Below are positions 1 to 11,305 of a stretch of 64,000 nt of DNA, piece after piece. The DNA is from Felis catus (taxonomy: Eukaryota). Every line of letters starts with the position of its first letter. Positions within the stretch are counted from its first letter, which is position 1. Under the pieces are notes generated by a model, which had not been told where the DNA came from, did no database searches, and saw nothing but the letters and a program-made list of their open reading frames with translations. The position numbers were made by a program, and so were the translations under genes. The stretch is from assembly GCF_018350175.1 (NCBI RefSeq), contig NC_058368.1:138758001-138822000 (forward strand), given 5' to 3'.

Positions 1-316
1 ATCTCAGGAGAAGAACCATAACCTTCAGTGGGAATGGAGAAGGGCCAAGGGGCCACTGCTGCCTTACCAGCAGGAACTGTTTTGCTGTGTTCTGAGGGAT
101 TTTCAAATGAGCACCTGCATCCAGGGTTCTTCCTTCCCCAGTAGGTGCACCCTAGGCTTATGGGCTCTTAGCTTGTGTGAGGTTGTCCTGCCTCCTGTGT
201 CCACCTTGACCATAGCCCCGCTGACTCAGAGTTCATTTCCATTTCTCTCTCTCTACCCATGCCAGCACTGGTGTGGTTGAAGAGTTACCAGCTTCTTATC
301 TCTATAGCTTTTATGC

Positions 317-529
317 ATTTTTTAAAAATGTCTATTTGAAAAAGAGAGAGAGACAGACCGCGAGCAGGGGAGGGGCAGAGAGAGAGAGAGGGAGACACAG
401 ATTTGGAAGCAGGCTCCAGGCTCTGAGCTGTCAGCACAGATCCCCAGGCGGGGCTCAAACTCATGAACCAGGAGATCATGACCTGAGCCGAAGTCGGACA
501 CTCAACCGCTTAAGCCACCCAGGCGCCCC
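317..529 (-). mobile_element. CanSINE (feliform, older copy)
   Basis: Reverse complement of the GGGGCGCCTGGGTGGC head at 520-529, tRNA-like body, (GA)n tract and T-rich tail. Confidence 0.93.
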
Positions 530-537
530 TCATTTTA

Positions 538-767
538 TTTTATTTTATTTTATTTTATTTTTTTCAACGTGTATTTATTTTTGGGACAGAGAGAGACAGA
601 GCATGAACGGGGGAGGGGCAGAGAGAGGGGGAGACACAGAATCAGAACCAGGCTCCAGGCTCTGAGCCGTCAGCCCAGAGCCTGACGTGGGGCTCGAACT
701 CACGGACCGCGAGATCGTGACCTGGCTGAAGTCGGTCGCTTAACCGACTGCGCCACCCAGGCGCCCC
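538..767 (-). mobile_element. Young felid CanSINE (SINEC_Fc type)
   Basis: Near-consensus body; (TTTTA)n tail; TSD caggcgcccctcatttta at 520-537 and 768-785. Confidence 0.97.
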
Positions 768-1026
768 CAGGCGCCCCTCATTTTAATATCTTCTGGCAGC
801 TTGCAGCCACTCAGCTGCTGCCAAGGTAGTCCACGTGACCTCAGATAGCAGTGGTTGTTTTGGTTCATCAGAGATGCATGAAATTTGAAAGGTCTGCTTT
901 GGTCCTATTTTTAGGTTAAATTTTGCAGAGGACAAAATATTCTGGGAAGTGTTATTTTGCGTTACAGTAAGAAATGCCTGTATGTGTAAAGTCTCTGGCA
1001 TATGGTAAGGGCTCAACAATTCTTTT

Positions 1027-1229
1027 CTTTTTAATTTTTTTAAGTTTATTTAGAGAGCGCGTGCGCACAATCGGGGGAGGGGCAAAGAGTGAGGGAGAAA
1101 ATTCCAAGCGGGCTCGGGGCTGTCAGCCCAGAGCCTGACATGGGGCTTGATCTCACAAACTGCGAGATCATGACCTGAGCCAAGATCAAAGAGTTGGATG
1201 CTTCATTGATTGAGCCATCCGGGCGCCCC
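1027..1229 (-). mobile_element. CanSINE (older) inserted at a MIR/L2-type 3' tail remnant
   Basis: SINE head at 1221-1229; TSD tcaacaattctttt / tcaataattctttt at 1013-1026 and 1230-1243. Confidence 0.9.
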
Positions 1230-1853
1230 TCAATAATTCTTTTATTAATCCATGTCTACCATACTCTCTCCTTGAAATGCTGACCAAAAAAAGGAGCCAA
1301 GAAAACCCTGCAGTGACCATTTCAATGCAAAGCAAAGGAATTTTCATAACGAAACCCTGCTTACCCTCTTGGGCCGATGTGTGCAACGACGTTCATTTGG
1401 AGCAACTCCTCTGCTTTCTTTGCATTTTTCTTTTTCCACTTTGAGCAGCTTTTTCTGAGACCTGGGCCTCTTTTATCTACTTCTCTGCACTCAAATCCTT
1501 AATTACATTCAATCCCTTTCTCTGTGACTGTAGAACATCAGGCACTTATTCTTAGAGAGAAACAGCCAAGCAGAAAGCAATTATCTTGGCCATAATTCCC
1601 TGATGTTTACAGAGTATGGCACTCGGACTTGAAATCTCCAATCACCTTTGCTGGCAGAGGCTAGTTTAGTCTCCTCATCTGCCGAGAATGGGAACTGAGA
1701 TCTGGCTCCAGGTCTAACAGCAAGATGGTCTGGCCGTGAAAGCCAGCCAGGTGTCCTGGCGCCTCACCAGTATTCCAGTCTCTTAATGTGTGCTCTGTAG
1801 TCACACCCTGCCTTATGAGGTCAGTTCTCAATTGTTTCCTTGGACATGGGGGT

Positions 1854-2592
1854 CACTGGTCACAACTGGCGGTCTGCAGGTCAAATTCAGCCCACAGACC
1901 CGTTTTGTTCGCCGTGGAGTATCTTAAAGACTGGGAAATTGCACAATTAAAAAGTCCACTTCTCTTAAAAATTTAGAACATCTGGCAACGCAGTTAAGAT
2001 CCCCATATGGGTCTAGGTATAATCAGCAGGAACTGAAGGGCACCCCCCGCCCTTTCCCATCACGACAAACGCGCTCAAAACTTCCATAGTGTCTACCACT
2101 CCCTCTTGTTTTACATACACACACACACACAAGCACCTACCCACACAAAAGCACACACATTCTATATTAGTCTTCTAGGGCTGCTATCACAAAGTACCGC
2201 AGGCTGGGTGGCTGAAACAACACAAATGTATTTTCTCACAGTTCCAAAGGCCAGGAGTCCCAGATCAAGGTGCCAGGGCTCTTGGTTTCTTTCGGGCCTC
2301 TCTCGGAGGCTTAGGGATGGCTGCCCTTCTCTGTTTGGGTTCGCATGATCTCTCTTCTGTGTCTGCATCTTACAAGAATACCAGTCTTCTTGGATGAGGT
2401 CCCACCCTGATGACCTCCTATTAACTCAGTGTCCTCTTGAAAGGCCCTATCTCTAAATACAGTCACGTTCTAAGGTACTAGGGGTTAGTACTTCACCATA
2501 GGTATTAGGGAGGGGGACACAATCCATTACCTATTCCTGCCTCTTCTTAGATCACCTACATGACCCCGAAGGCCTATGGATCTGCAACTCTG
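1854..2592. mobile_element. hAT-Charlie MITE, MER102-like, split by an MLT1 LTR
   Basis: caactggcggtctgcaggtcaaattcagcccacagac...atctggcaac and terminal ...tgcaactctg resemble the recalled MER102 consensus. Confidence 0.6.
2163..2531 (-). mobile_element. MaLR solo LTR, MLT1B-like
   Basis: tatattagtcttctagggctgctatcacaaagtacc...ggccctatctctaaatacagtcacgttctaaggtactaggggttag; 5 bp TSD cattc/tattc. Confidence 0.85.
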
Positions 2593-3544
2593 ACAAGCAG
2601 TGACACTCAGAGACCATTTCCCCCAGTGGAAGGAATCGTTTTCAAATCATTAAGCCATAGAATCTTCTAACAAAAGTTAAGATACTGGGCCTCCCTATGG
2701 GAAATTGGATTTGAAGACCATGACCTAATCCAAATTCTTCAGTGTATGTATGAGAAACCGAAGGCCCATCCACCTGCCCAAAGCCACGCAGAGCTGTCCT
2801 GTCTGCTGCCTCCCACAGTTCCTTCTCTCTGTCTGACTCTTAACAGGTCAGAACATCAGTGGAACTGGACAAAACTATTGTAAATATATTCTAAGGCCAC
2901 AGAAATCCTGATATTCTGTTGGTGGGAGGAGCCCAGGTTCTAACTGTGCTTTGCCAGGACTGGCTGTACAACCCTAAAGACAAAGAGCTTGACCCTCTAT
3001 TCCTCTTCATGTACAACACAATAGGACCAGACTCACGGGCTTTAGTGTCCTTTCCGATGCCCAAATCGTAGGGTTCCCGAATGTTACACTTGAAAAGTAA
3101 AGCTGAGCAGAATTACTCTCTGTTTGTACCAAAGAACCCTGTGCTAATTCTTGTCCCAGATGCATATTTCCACAATGGGCAGGCTCGCCTTCCCCATCTA
3201 CAGAGCTCCTTGCAGAGTAGGCCCTCAGATCTTGTCTGCTCACCACCAAGATCACCTCCGCATCCATGGTGCCATCACAAAAAAAGGAAAAGGAAAAATG
3301 AAGAGTTATCTTCTGCAGAAGAGGTAGCCCCATGGGACTGCTTGGGAACTGCTGCTTGGGAACTGCAATTATAGAGCTCCAGAGGAGAGATGGCAGGAGT
3401 TTGTTCTCCAACCAACTTTCCAGTGACCGTGAACTTCTTACTCCATAAGTTGGTCTGTCATGAGCCATGCTAATTCACACAACTAATTCCTATCCTTTTG
3501 AGCCAAAGCCTATGGCCCCAAACATCTAAACTTTGGCGACCACG

Positions 3545-3945
3545 GACACCCGTGCTCTCTTCCTCTTCACAGATGTACAGCTAGACTACATTTTCCAGCC
3601 TCCCCGCACTTAACTGCAGCCAGAGAACTGAGTTCTGGCCAAGGGAATGTGAGCCAGGTGTCCTGTGTCTTTTCCAGGCCTGGTGCATGGAAACCTCCCC
3701 ATGTGTGATCCTCACTCCTTGCTCCTCTAGCAACAAAATGGAAAGGACTCTGGAGACAGAGTGGAGGGCTAGACCGAAGATGAGGGAGCCTGGGTCCCCG
3801 ACTAACTGTATGTGACAGTGACCTACCCCTACCTGTACCTTCAGCGGCCTGTGATACGGGCAAGAAATAAACTTGTATGCTGCTTCGTCCCTGGGCTGTG
3901 GGCATCATCTGCTTCAGCGGCTAGCATATTACTTCCTTTCATACA
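3545..3945 (+). mobile_element. MaLR LTR, MLT1H/I/J-like
   Basis: ctagactacattttccagcctccc...ctgagttctggccaagggaatgtgagc...agaaataaacttgt...ataca. Confidence 0.7.
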
Positions 3946-5879
3946 CGCATCCTTTAAAGTACATGACAAACCTACTCCTTGCCTACTTGCCAGACCCTGA
4001 AATAAGTGAGGCTAGCTTTCCTCTGAAGGTTACAGGATGACAAGTCTATCTTCTCCTCTAGTATTTTCCTCCTCTTACCCTGGTTTGAGCCATGCCTTAA
4101 TAGGCTATCCTGGACACGTTGCTTCGGGACTGGGTTTTGCACGGGAGAACTCCCTGAGAATCTCTTTTCTGGCAAGAGTTTGTGAAAACCTAAGCCCTTG
4201 GTAGATCAGAGGAGAGTCCCAACATCATCAGCATAGTTGGGAGACATGTCCTCGGGTGGGGGGGTGGGGTGATTGAGAGAACTAGAACTTCTCCACCTCC
4301 AAGCTAGAAGAATATTCCACAAGCGAAGTCTCTCTTTCCCTCCACAGCGGAAACAAGCCTCGATGCCCTAGGAGATCCACTGTATCTAATGCATGAACCT
4401 ATCTCGTACGCATCTAGAAGAGGACTAGTTATGTGTTGCCCTTGGGAGAATTTTAAAATTTGCCCCCGAGTACTGTGGTTTGGATGAGGAACTCCACTTC
4501 GAAAAGGCTGGTTAGAGGGAAGGACAGGAGAATCAAGAGATTACAGGCAGGGAAGGGTCCCAGTGGGCGGGGAAAGGTGCTAGGGAGTCAGCAGAGTGCC
4601 AGGTGGATGCGACAAGAAAACCTGGCCTTGTGGAGCAGGGAGAGTCCAGGGAGGTGGCAGGACCCAGTGGAGGAATAAGCAGCATGGGAAGTCACAGGTG
4701 CCTTTGTAGACTCTGGCCCTCGGGGGCCATGAGTCTCATGGCCCCGAGGCCATGAGAGAGGCCTTCTTGAAGGAGTGAGGCTGGCAGAAAGAGGGTCGTC
4801 CAAGCAGCAACCTGCAGGTCCAGTTAAGGATTCTCGGGGGCAATGAACATCTCTGTGGATATCTTTGAATACAAGTCAAGCGCTTCCTAAAATTCCTTCG
4901 TCTTTTCCATTTGCCTGTCAGATACTCAGAAGGCCTAAAATGGTTAGGTGGGGTACCGTTGAGTCCATGCTTTCGGATGGCAAAGTCTTGACGGGAAACA
5001 GCCTCTTTCTCAGGCCATTTTCTCCCTGTGTTGACAGAGGAACTATCCAAGATACTAGCACAATCCTTCAAGTGCAAAATCAGCCCTTGGGCCTCCTAGA
5101 AAATCTTGCCGGACCACCAGTGTTCTCCTGACAGGATGTGGCTGTTCCTTCATTTTATGTTTTGCCAGAGGAATCTCTTTCCTTAATGTAATCCGACCCT
5201 GGAACGTTATCCAAACAGCAATCCTGTACTAAGGGTCATGAGAAAAAGAGTTTTGCTACAAAGATTTCCAAAGACAGGCCCTGATAACAGTGCACAGGGC
5301 AGGCAAACCCATCGTCGGAAATAAATAGGTAGCGAGGAGATGAAAAACAATGAAGTAATAATCGTAAAGTGTTTGCAGGAAAAAGGCATTTAATAACTCT
5401 AAAGTGTTAAATGTGGGAATTAAGTAATCTTTAATAAAGTGTGCACAGCACATATAAATATGTAATTATATGTATAGCTTGAGAAAGATTGATGTGTCAT
5501 CTCTAGCCTGGGGCTTTGCATTCTAGGTGGGATGTGGGAAAAAGAGGAGACGGTACGGATCAGCCTAGGATATTTAAGACCCTTGAGGGAGGATTAAAAG
5601 AGTAGAGATGGTTTATTATGATCGTGAAGTGAAGGGAAGGCTACATACCTGTTTTCAAATATCTTAGATGTTTGTGTCAGGACACAGGCCTGCTGTGGGC
5701 CATGTGGGCCATGGGCCTTCCCAACTCCAACTGTTGGAATGCAAATTCTGGCTGAGAACTTCTATCTGAAGTGGAAAGGGTGTCCTGTGCTCTCCATTGC
5801 CCTGGGAGCTTCCTCCTGGGATCTCCATATTGGTTCTCCACATCACTGTCTCCCCATCCCATCCACTGAGTTAGCATCA

Positions 5880-6987
5880 TCCCTGCCTCCCCAAACCATT
5901 CTACCCAACCAGTCCCTGGAGCCCTACCAAATCTATGTCCAACTCACCTGCTCTCCTGTCATCCTGCCCCACCCTCTGGAGTCTTTTCCACTTTGCGACG
6001 GCTGTTTAATGGGCCTCCCTGCCTCCCATTGCTCTCCCTGTCCTCATCCAGCAGGCCATTTCTCACTGCCCCAGAGTTTGCATTCAAAAGATGTATTTTA
6101 ATGGGATCACTCACCAGCATAGGCACTTGCAGTGGACTGCATGCAGGTTTAGAATTTTTCAAGATAAATAGTATCTTAACAACATCTTCCTTGCCTCCTT
6201 TTTGCATCCAGTCTCCTTGGCAGTGTTCTTTTCACAACCTGGCCCAGGCCCACCTCTCCGCTCATTTGCCCCTTTGTGCCCCCACTAAATACTGTGTTCC
6301 AGCCATATTAGACACTCGGCATTCCTTTTCTTTAATTTAATTCCAGTTAGTTAACATACAATGTAGTGTTGGTTTCAGGAGTAGAACCCAGGGATCCATC
6401 ACTTACATACGACACCCAGTGCTCATCCCAACAGGTGCCCTTCTTGATACTCATCCCCCATGTATCCCCTCCCCCCACCCAGCTCCCCTTCAGCAACCCT
6501 CAGTGTGTTCTCTGTATTTAAGAGTCTCTTAGCGTTTGTCTCCCTCTCTGTTTTTATCTTATTTTTCCTTCTCTTCCCCTATGTCCATCTGTTGTGTTTC
6601 TCAGATTCCACATATGGACGCTCACCGTTCCTTGAACATCCGCATGCTACTCTGCCTGTCTTCTTGCCAATTCCTACGCCAGCAATGAATGCCATTCTGG
6701 TCTCTTCCGCGTGGAATAGGAGTTCTTTTTCATGGTGCACGCCAAACTCCCCTCCTCTCTGAGACCTTCACAGACCTAAGCAGAACTCCCTACTTCCTCC
6801 CATGGCCTCCGTAGTGCTTAGCCATGAAATAGCACTTGTCACATATTATAATGATTTCTGTACGTGTTTGTCTTTCTCACTAGACTGTCAACTTCTTAAA
6901 AACAGGAACCATATCTCATTTGGGTTTTCTTCTAATCCTTAGCACAGTCTCTGGTATTCAGTACACGTTTGATGAGTGTTGACTGAA
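5880..6987 (+). mobile_element. L2 3' region, interrupted by an L1
   Basis: Typical L2 3' motifs (cactagactgtcaacttctt...aggaaccatatctc...agcacagtctctgg); left boundary approximate. Confidence 0.65.
6328..6616 (-). mobile_element. Carnivore L1 3' UTR fragment (5'-truncated)
   Basis: gttagttaacatacaatgtagtgttggtttcaggagtag...cacccagtgctcatcccaaca...ttccacatatg; decayed TSD at 6311-6327 and 6617-6633 (13/17 identical). Confidence 0.9.
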
Positions 6988-7854
6988 AGGATAAGCCCCC
7001 TGTTCAAAGATTCTCTTCCTAGTTTACCAACATACCCAGTGTGGCTGGGAGCTGGGGATGTTCAGCTTGGAGGAAGAGGTAGGGGTTAATGGGAAGAGAG
7101 CTACAACTGCCCCTAATGGTCCCTGCTGGGCATTGTTTTACATCCCAGAGTCTGGATCAAAGGCTGGGAGTTTCCTCACTGTCTATTCCTAAGTGTCATG
7201 GCTGGGGCGAAACTCGTTCATCGGCCAGTCTGGCCACACCGCAAACACGTGGGTTGGAAAGCAGAGCCTGCCTCGTTCTTTTCAGGTTCCTATGGATACA
7301 GTGCCATGACGAATCCACTCAGATTCATCTGCGTGGGCAGCTGCCACTTCTGGACTGTAAATACGCAGCCAACAGGAGGGGTGGGGGAGGAGGAAGGGAA
7401 TAGAAAGGGCAAGTAGGGGGAGGGCAATAAGAATTGAGAGGGAGCATATGGCAAAAGTGTGGAGCAGGGGGAGGGTTTGGTATGTGTTCCTACATAAGAT
7501 AGAATGTATTTGATAGCTTCTTGAGAATCAAACTTGGGAAGTTCCTTTTGCTAAACAGGAAATGTGAAAAACACCAGTGGAAGATTGCCTTCCTTTCTGC
7601 AGCCAGGGCAGGGCTCCTGGATATATGTTGATCAGAAGCTTCTAGACCCATCCTTCACAAACAGAACTAGGCAGCCATGCATCCTGATGTCTGGCTGTCC
7701 ACTTTGCCTTAGTTAAGCAGTCTGTAAACCTATAACGTGGGATATTTTCCTCTCTTTTGATCGTTTCATTGATAAACATGTACATTTATTCACACAATCA
7801 TAATACCTCTTTATACAGCTGGCTCGTTACACGTCATAAAAAAATTTGCTGAGA

Positions 7855-8035
7855 GCTTTCAACAGCCTGATAAGATAAGCAAACTGGATATTCTCTTCTT
7901 TCCTGATGAAGAATCTGGGGCATTGACTGGATAGTTCACTGTCTGGGAGCTGCTCAGTGGGGGTAGGGCCAAGACTCACACCCAGGACTTCAGTCTCCAA
8001 GACTGGGATCCCCACATTCTCCACCTGATGCCGTG
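7855..8035 (-). mobile_element. MIR fragment
   Basis: Degenerate MIR core (gatgaagaatctgggg...actcacacccagg...ctccaagac). Confidence 0.5.
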
Positions 8036-8629
8036 CCTGGCGGCCATCTAAGCCACAGGCTGCCTCTCCCTTGGAGCGTAAGAGATGAAGAAAGAGGTGA
8101 TGGATGAATTGAGTAAGGGTGGGCACGCTGACAAAGTTTTTATAGCCTCCTGGTTTTTGAAAACCCTACATGAGAGTAAAGTAAATAAATGGATGTCTAC
8201 TAATCAAACCACTGGCTTCTAACTATTTTACTCACCATTTTCTCTGAATTTATAAGTACGGCTCTCTGGCCGACACATTCAGGGCTTTTGAATGCAGTTC
8301 CTTAGATGCATCGTTCTTGAGAATCGAGATGGTGGTATCTGTCCCATGGGAGCCTGGAAGTTTAGTTCTCTGTGGCAGCCTGTAAGTGCCTTCTTGTCCC
8401 CATGAGCCATAGGAAGCCTGGATGCAACAGGTTGTCTCCTTTTCAACCAAGTTTTATCTATAACTCAAATATCTGTATTTGTGGGCATGGTGATGACAAC
8501 ACAATATGTTTCTAGGACCTTACAATTTATGTAGAACTTCACTGTTTGCCATACCATACACCCTACCCCCTACTCCCTCTCATCACAAGGTCCCCCCTCC
8601 CCTGGCCATGAGTTGGACGGTGCACATGT

Positions 8630-8758
8630 CTCTATTTTAATTTCACAGACTGGATCATGGGACAAAGAGATTAAGGAATGTGTCCATTTAGTACAACTAG
8701 AGAGTGGTGAACCAAGAACCACTACAGCCTAAGCTTCTAATCCCAAGTCCGGAACTCT
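8630..8758 (-). mobile_element. MIR fragment
   Basis: tttcacagac...agagattaagg...ttctaatcccaagtcc, degenerate MIR core. Confidence 0.45.
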
Positions 8759-10524
8759 CGCCAGTCTGCCTATCGATTTTGCTGCCGTCTCCCACACCAC
8801 CACCACAAAAACTCTGATGAGACGGGAAAAGTCTACCGCCATTGACAAACACAACTCCGAGCATATGCTGGACCATTGGTGAGGCGGCAGGGTCCTCCTT
8901 CCAGATGAAAAGTGCAGCACTTCCTCTTCTGTAATCCATAGCACCTGCATGTGTCTCAGACATAGAGCATCCTGTTCCACTGTGATTTACATTGACTTAT
9001 CTGTGCCTCCCGAAGGAATAGAAGTCCTTCAACCTGCCCATTGTTGGTTAATGAATACCCTGCAACTGAAGGTGTGGTTTTCCTCAGAGAGGAGGTCCGT
9101 AGTTGCTGTCGGATTCCCCAAGGAGTAGGAGAGAGGTTAAAAACCACTGCTCTGCTCTATAAACTCAAGAGTGGTATGTCTACTCTTACCCCGGGGCCTT
9201 TCCTATACCAAGTGCGGGCAGACTGGATGGATGTGTGTGTGTGCACAGCTCTTTGCTTTTTGTAAAGCCCTTATTCCACAATTGACTGAACTATTCCGCA
9301 AACTAAAGGGCACTAAACAGGATCCAAGCAATGGGACCGAATTTTAGGGAGAAATATTTGAAATTCAAAAAAAAAAAAAAAAAAGTTGACTCTCCATGCT
9401 ATTAAATACAATCCAACTGATGCCCCCCCCCACCGCTACCTCGTTCTTTCAGTCTTTCCACCAACTTAGTCTATCACCAAGCAGAGAGGAGGACTTACAT
9501 ATCCCCAAACTCAGCAGAGCGGATGGAGAAATTAGATGGCATGTGTTCCAGCCCTGACTGGTTATACATTTTACATTTTACAGCTATTTCCCTGTCAGAA
9601 TTACAGATCTCCAAAAAAATTCATTTTAAATGAAGCCTATCAGAAAATCACAGATCAGCAAAATGTGTCGTTTTCTTGACAAATACTGAATAACTAAAGA
9701 ATACATACACATTGTGGTTTTACAGACTCTCCGAACTAGGGAGCAATTTGAGACTTTGGTCCCTCATCCCTGAGTGCTGGACTGATTTCAAGAAGATAAT
9801 TAAAGCCAACGGTACCTGGCATATGAAATCAAACACCCATCGTCTCCTGTCCGGGTTTGGTAGGTCAAAGATAATAAATCCATCATAAACCAAGACAAAG
9901 GGCCACCAGGGAGAGACCAACCCCTCTCAAGTTTAAATGCTGTCAGAACAGTCAGTGTAGATACAGGATTGGTACACACGCCAATCCTCTCTCTAACCTA
10001 GACTGAACAGCCTTGAAGGAAAACTGGCCAGGCCTTTCAACATGTTGGCCAGACCCAACCCCTGACAACCTGAAAACAAGCAGAGAAGGGGAGAGATGGG
10101 CCAGAGAACAGTGCTCGTCTGTCCTGCCAACATTCAACATCACTGTGGCCAGACTCTGTCGTTGGATGTTTTCACACAGCTATCGATAAGCTGTACACGA
10201 AAACTACCTGGAGGCTGAATCTGACTCTGGGATTTGGTGTTACATTCCAGAAGGTATAAAGTATCCCGCCAAGGACAAACTTTTACAACCCTACATTCCT
10301 CTCCTAGTGATTTGTATTCTTTTCCTTGTTAGATTATGACAGGGCGGCACAGTACAATCAACGGATTGAATGTCACATCAAAAGTCCTAAGGTCTAGTAT
10401 CTGTTTAACTGGTGGACAAAAGACAGCCTAGTGTTCCGGAGGTCAATTCAACTCACTTCTTGCAACATTGTGATAAGAAGAAGGCAAATTCTTTGTAGTT
10501 GACCATCTCATTTCTACATTATCT

Positions 10525-10687
10525 TATCTTCACAACTCCTGAGGTAAACAGAACTGGTATTAGGGTTCTGAGTGTACAGATATGAAATTGAAGATCAGAG
10601 ACCGCGTGGATCACCTAGGTTCACCTAGCAATTTCTAGAGCCGGGTCCCAAGTTCTCTGACTTCAACTTGAGAATTCTTTCCAACAT
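10525..10687 (-). mobile_element. MIR fragment
   Basis: cacaactcctgaggt...tacagatatgaaattgaagatcagag...tctgacttcaac. Confidence 0.6.
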
Positions 10688-11021
10688 AGACTTTCCTTAG
10701 TAGGCTGTAAGGGCTCTGCCCACTCTTCCAGTGGTCCCTTACACTGGCCAGTCGTCTTCTAGATGAAACTCCTTTTACAAAGAGGACCTTTTAGCAATTG
10801 GCAGATAAATCCTTTGGTTGGATCCAAAAGGTACGCATTTGGTATTGTATTCTGTTCCCTCTATAACAGTTGAGGGTAAGTTTTATTTTTAGTAGTTTAA
10901 TTATAAAATATAGCCACATTTATTAATATGCTAATTTATGCCTTTAGAACAATTACCAAGCTTTATCTAAGGCCTTTGAAAAAATGTCAAACATTTGCAA
11001 GTCCTTATTTAAGGAAAAGCT

Positions 11022-11305
11022 TGCATTATTCATGCAGTTCCAAAAATAATTATTGAGTGCCTACCGAGCACTGTCCAGGGCTTTAAGACAAAAGTGGTCA
11101 AGACAAGGTCCCTTCCGTAAGGAGCTTAACACAGAGAGGAAGTCAAATAAGAACAAGTAAATGCATATTTTGTACAAAGAACTACACTGGGACAAGGGCA
11201 GAGAGTTCTGAAAGGAAAACGGCATTCAATTCAGTACTGGTGGTGAGAAGAAAGCCTTCCAGAAGGAAAACCATCAATGCCAATAACTGGGAAGAGTAGG
11301 ATTTC
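11022..11305 (-). mobile_element. L2 3' end
   Basis: attattgagtgcctacc...agacaaggtcccttccgtaaggagctta...agaaagccttccagaagg. Confidence 0.7.

Noticed and set aside
8229..8450. Minus-strand donor G|GTGAGT near a 66 aa ORF
   Set aside because: No convincing acceptor, the ORF stops before the donor, and such motifs occur often by chance.
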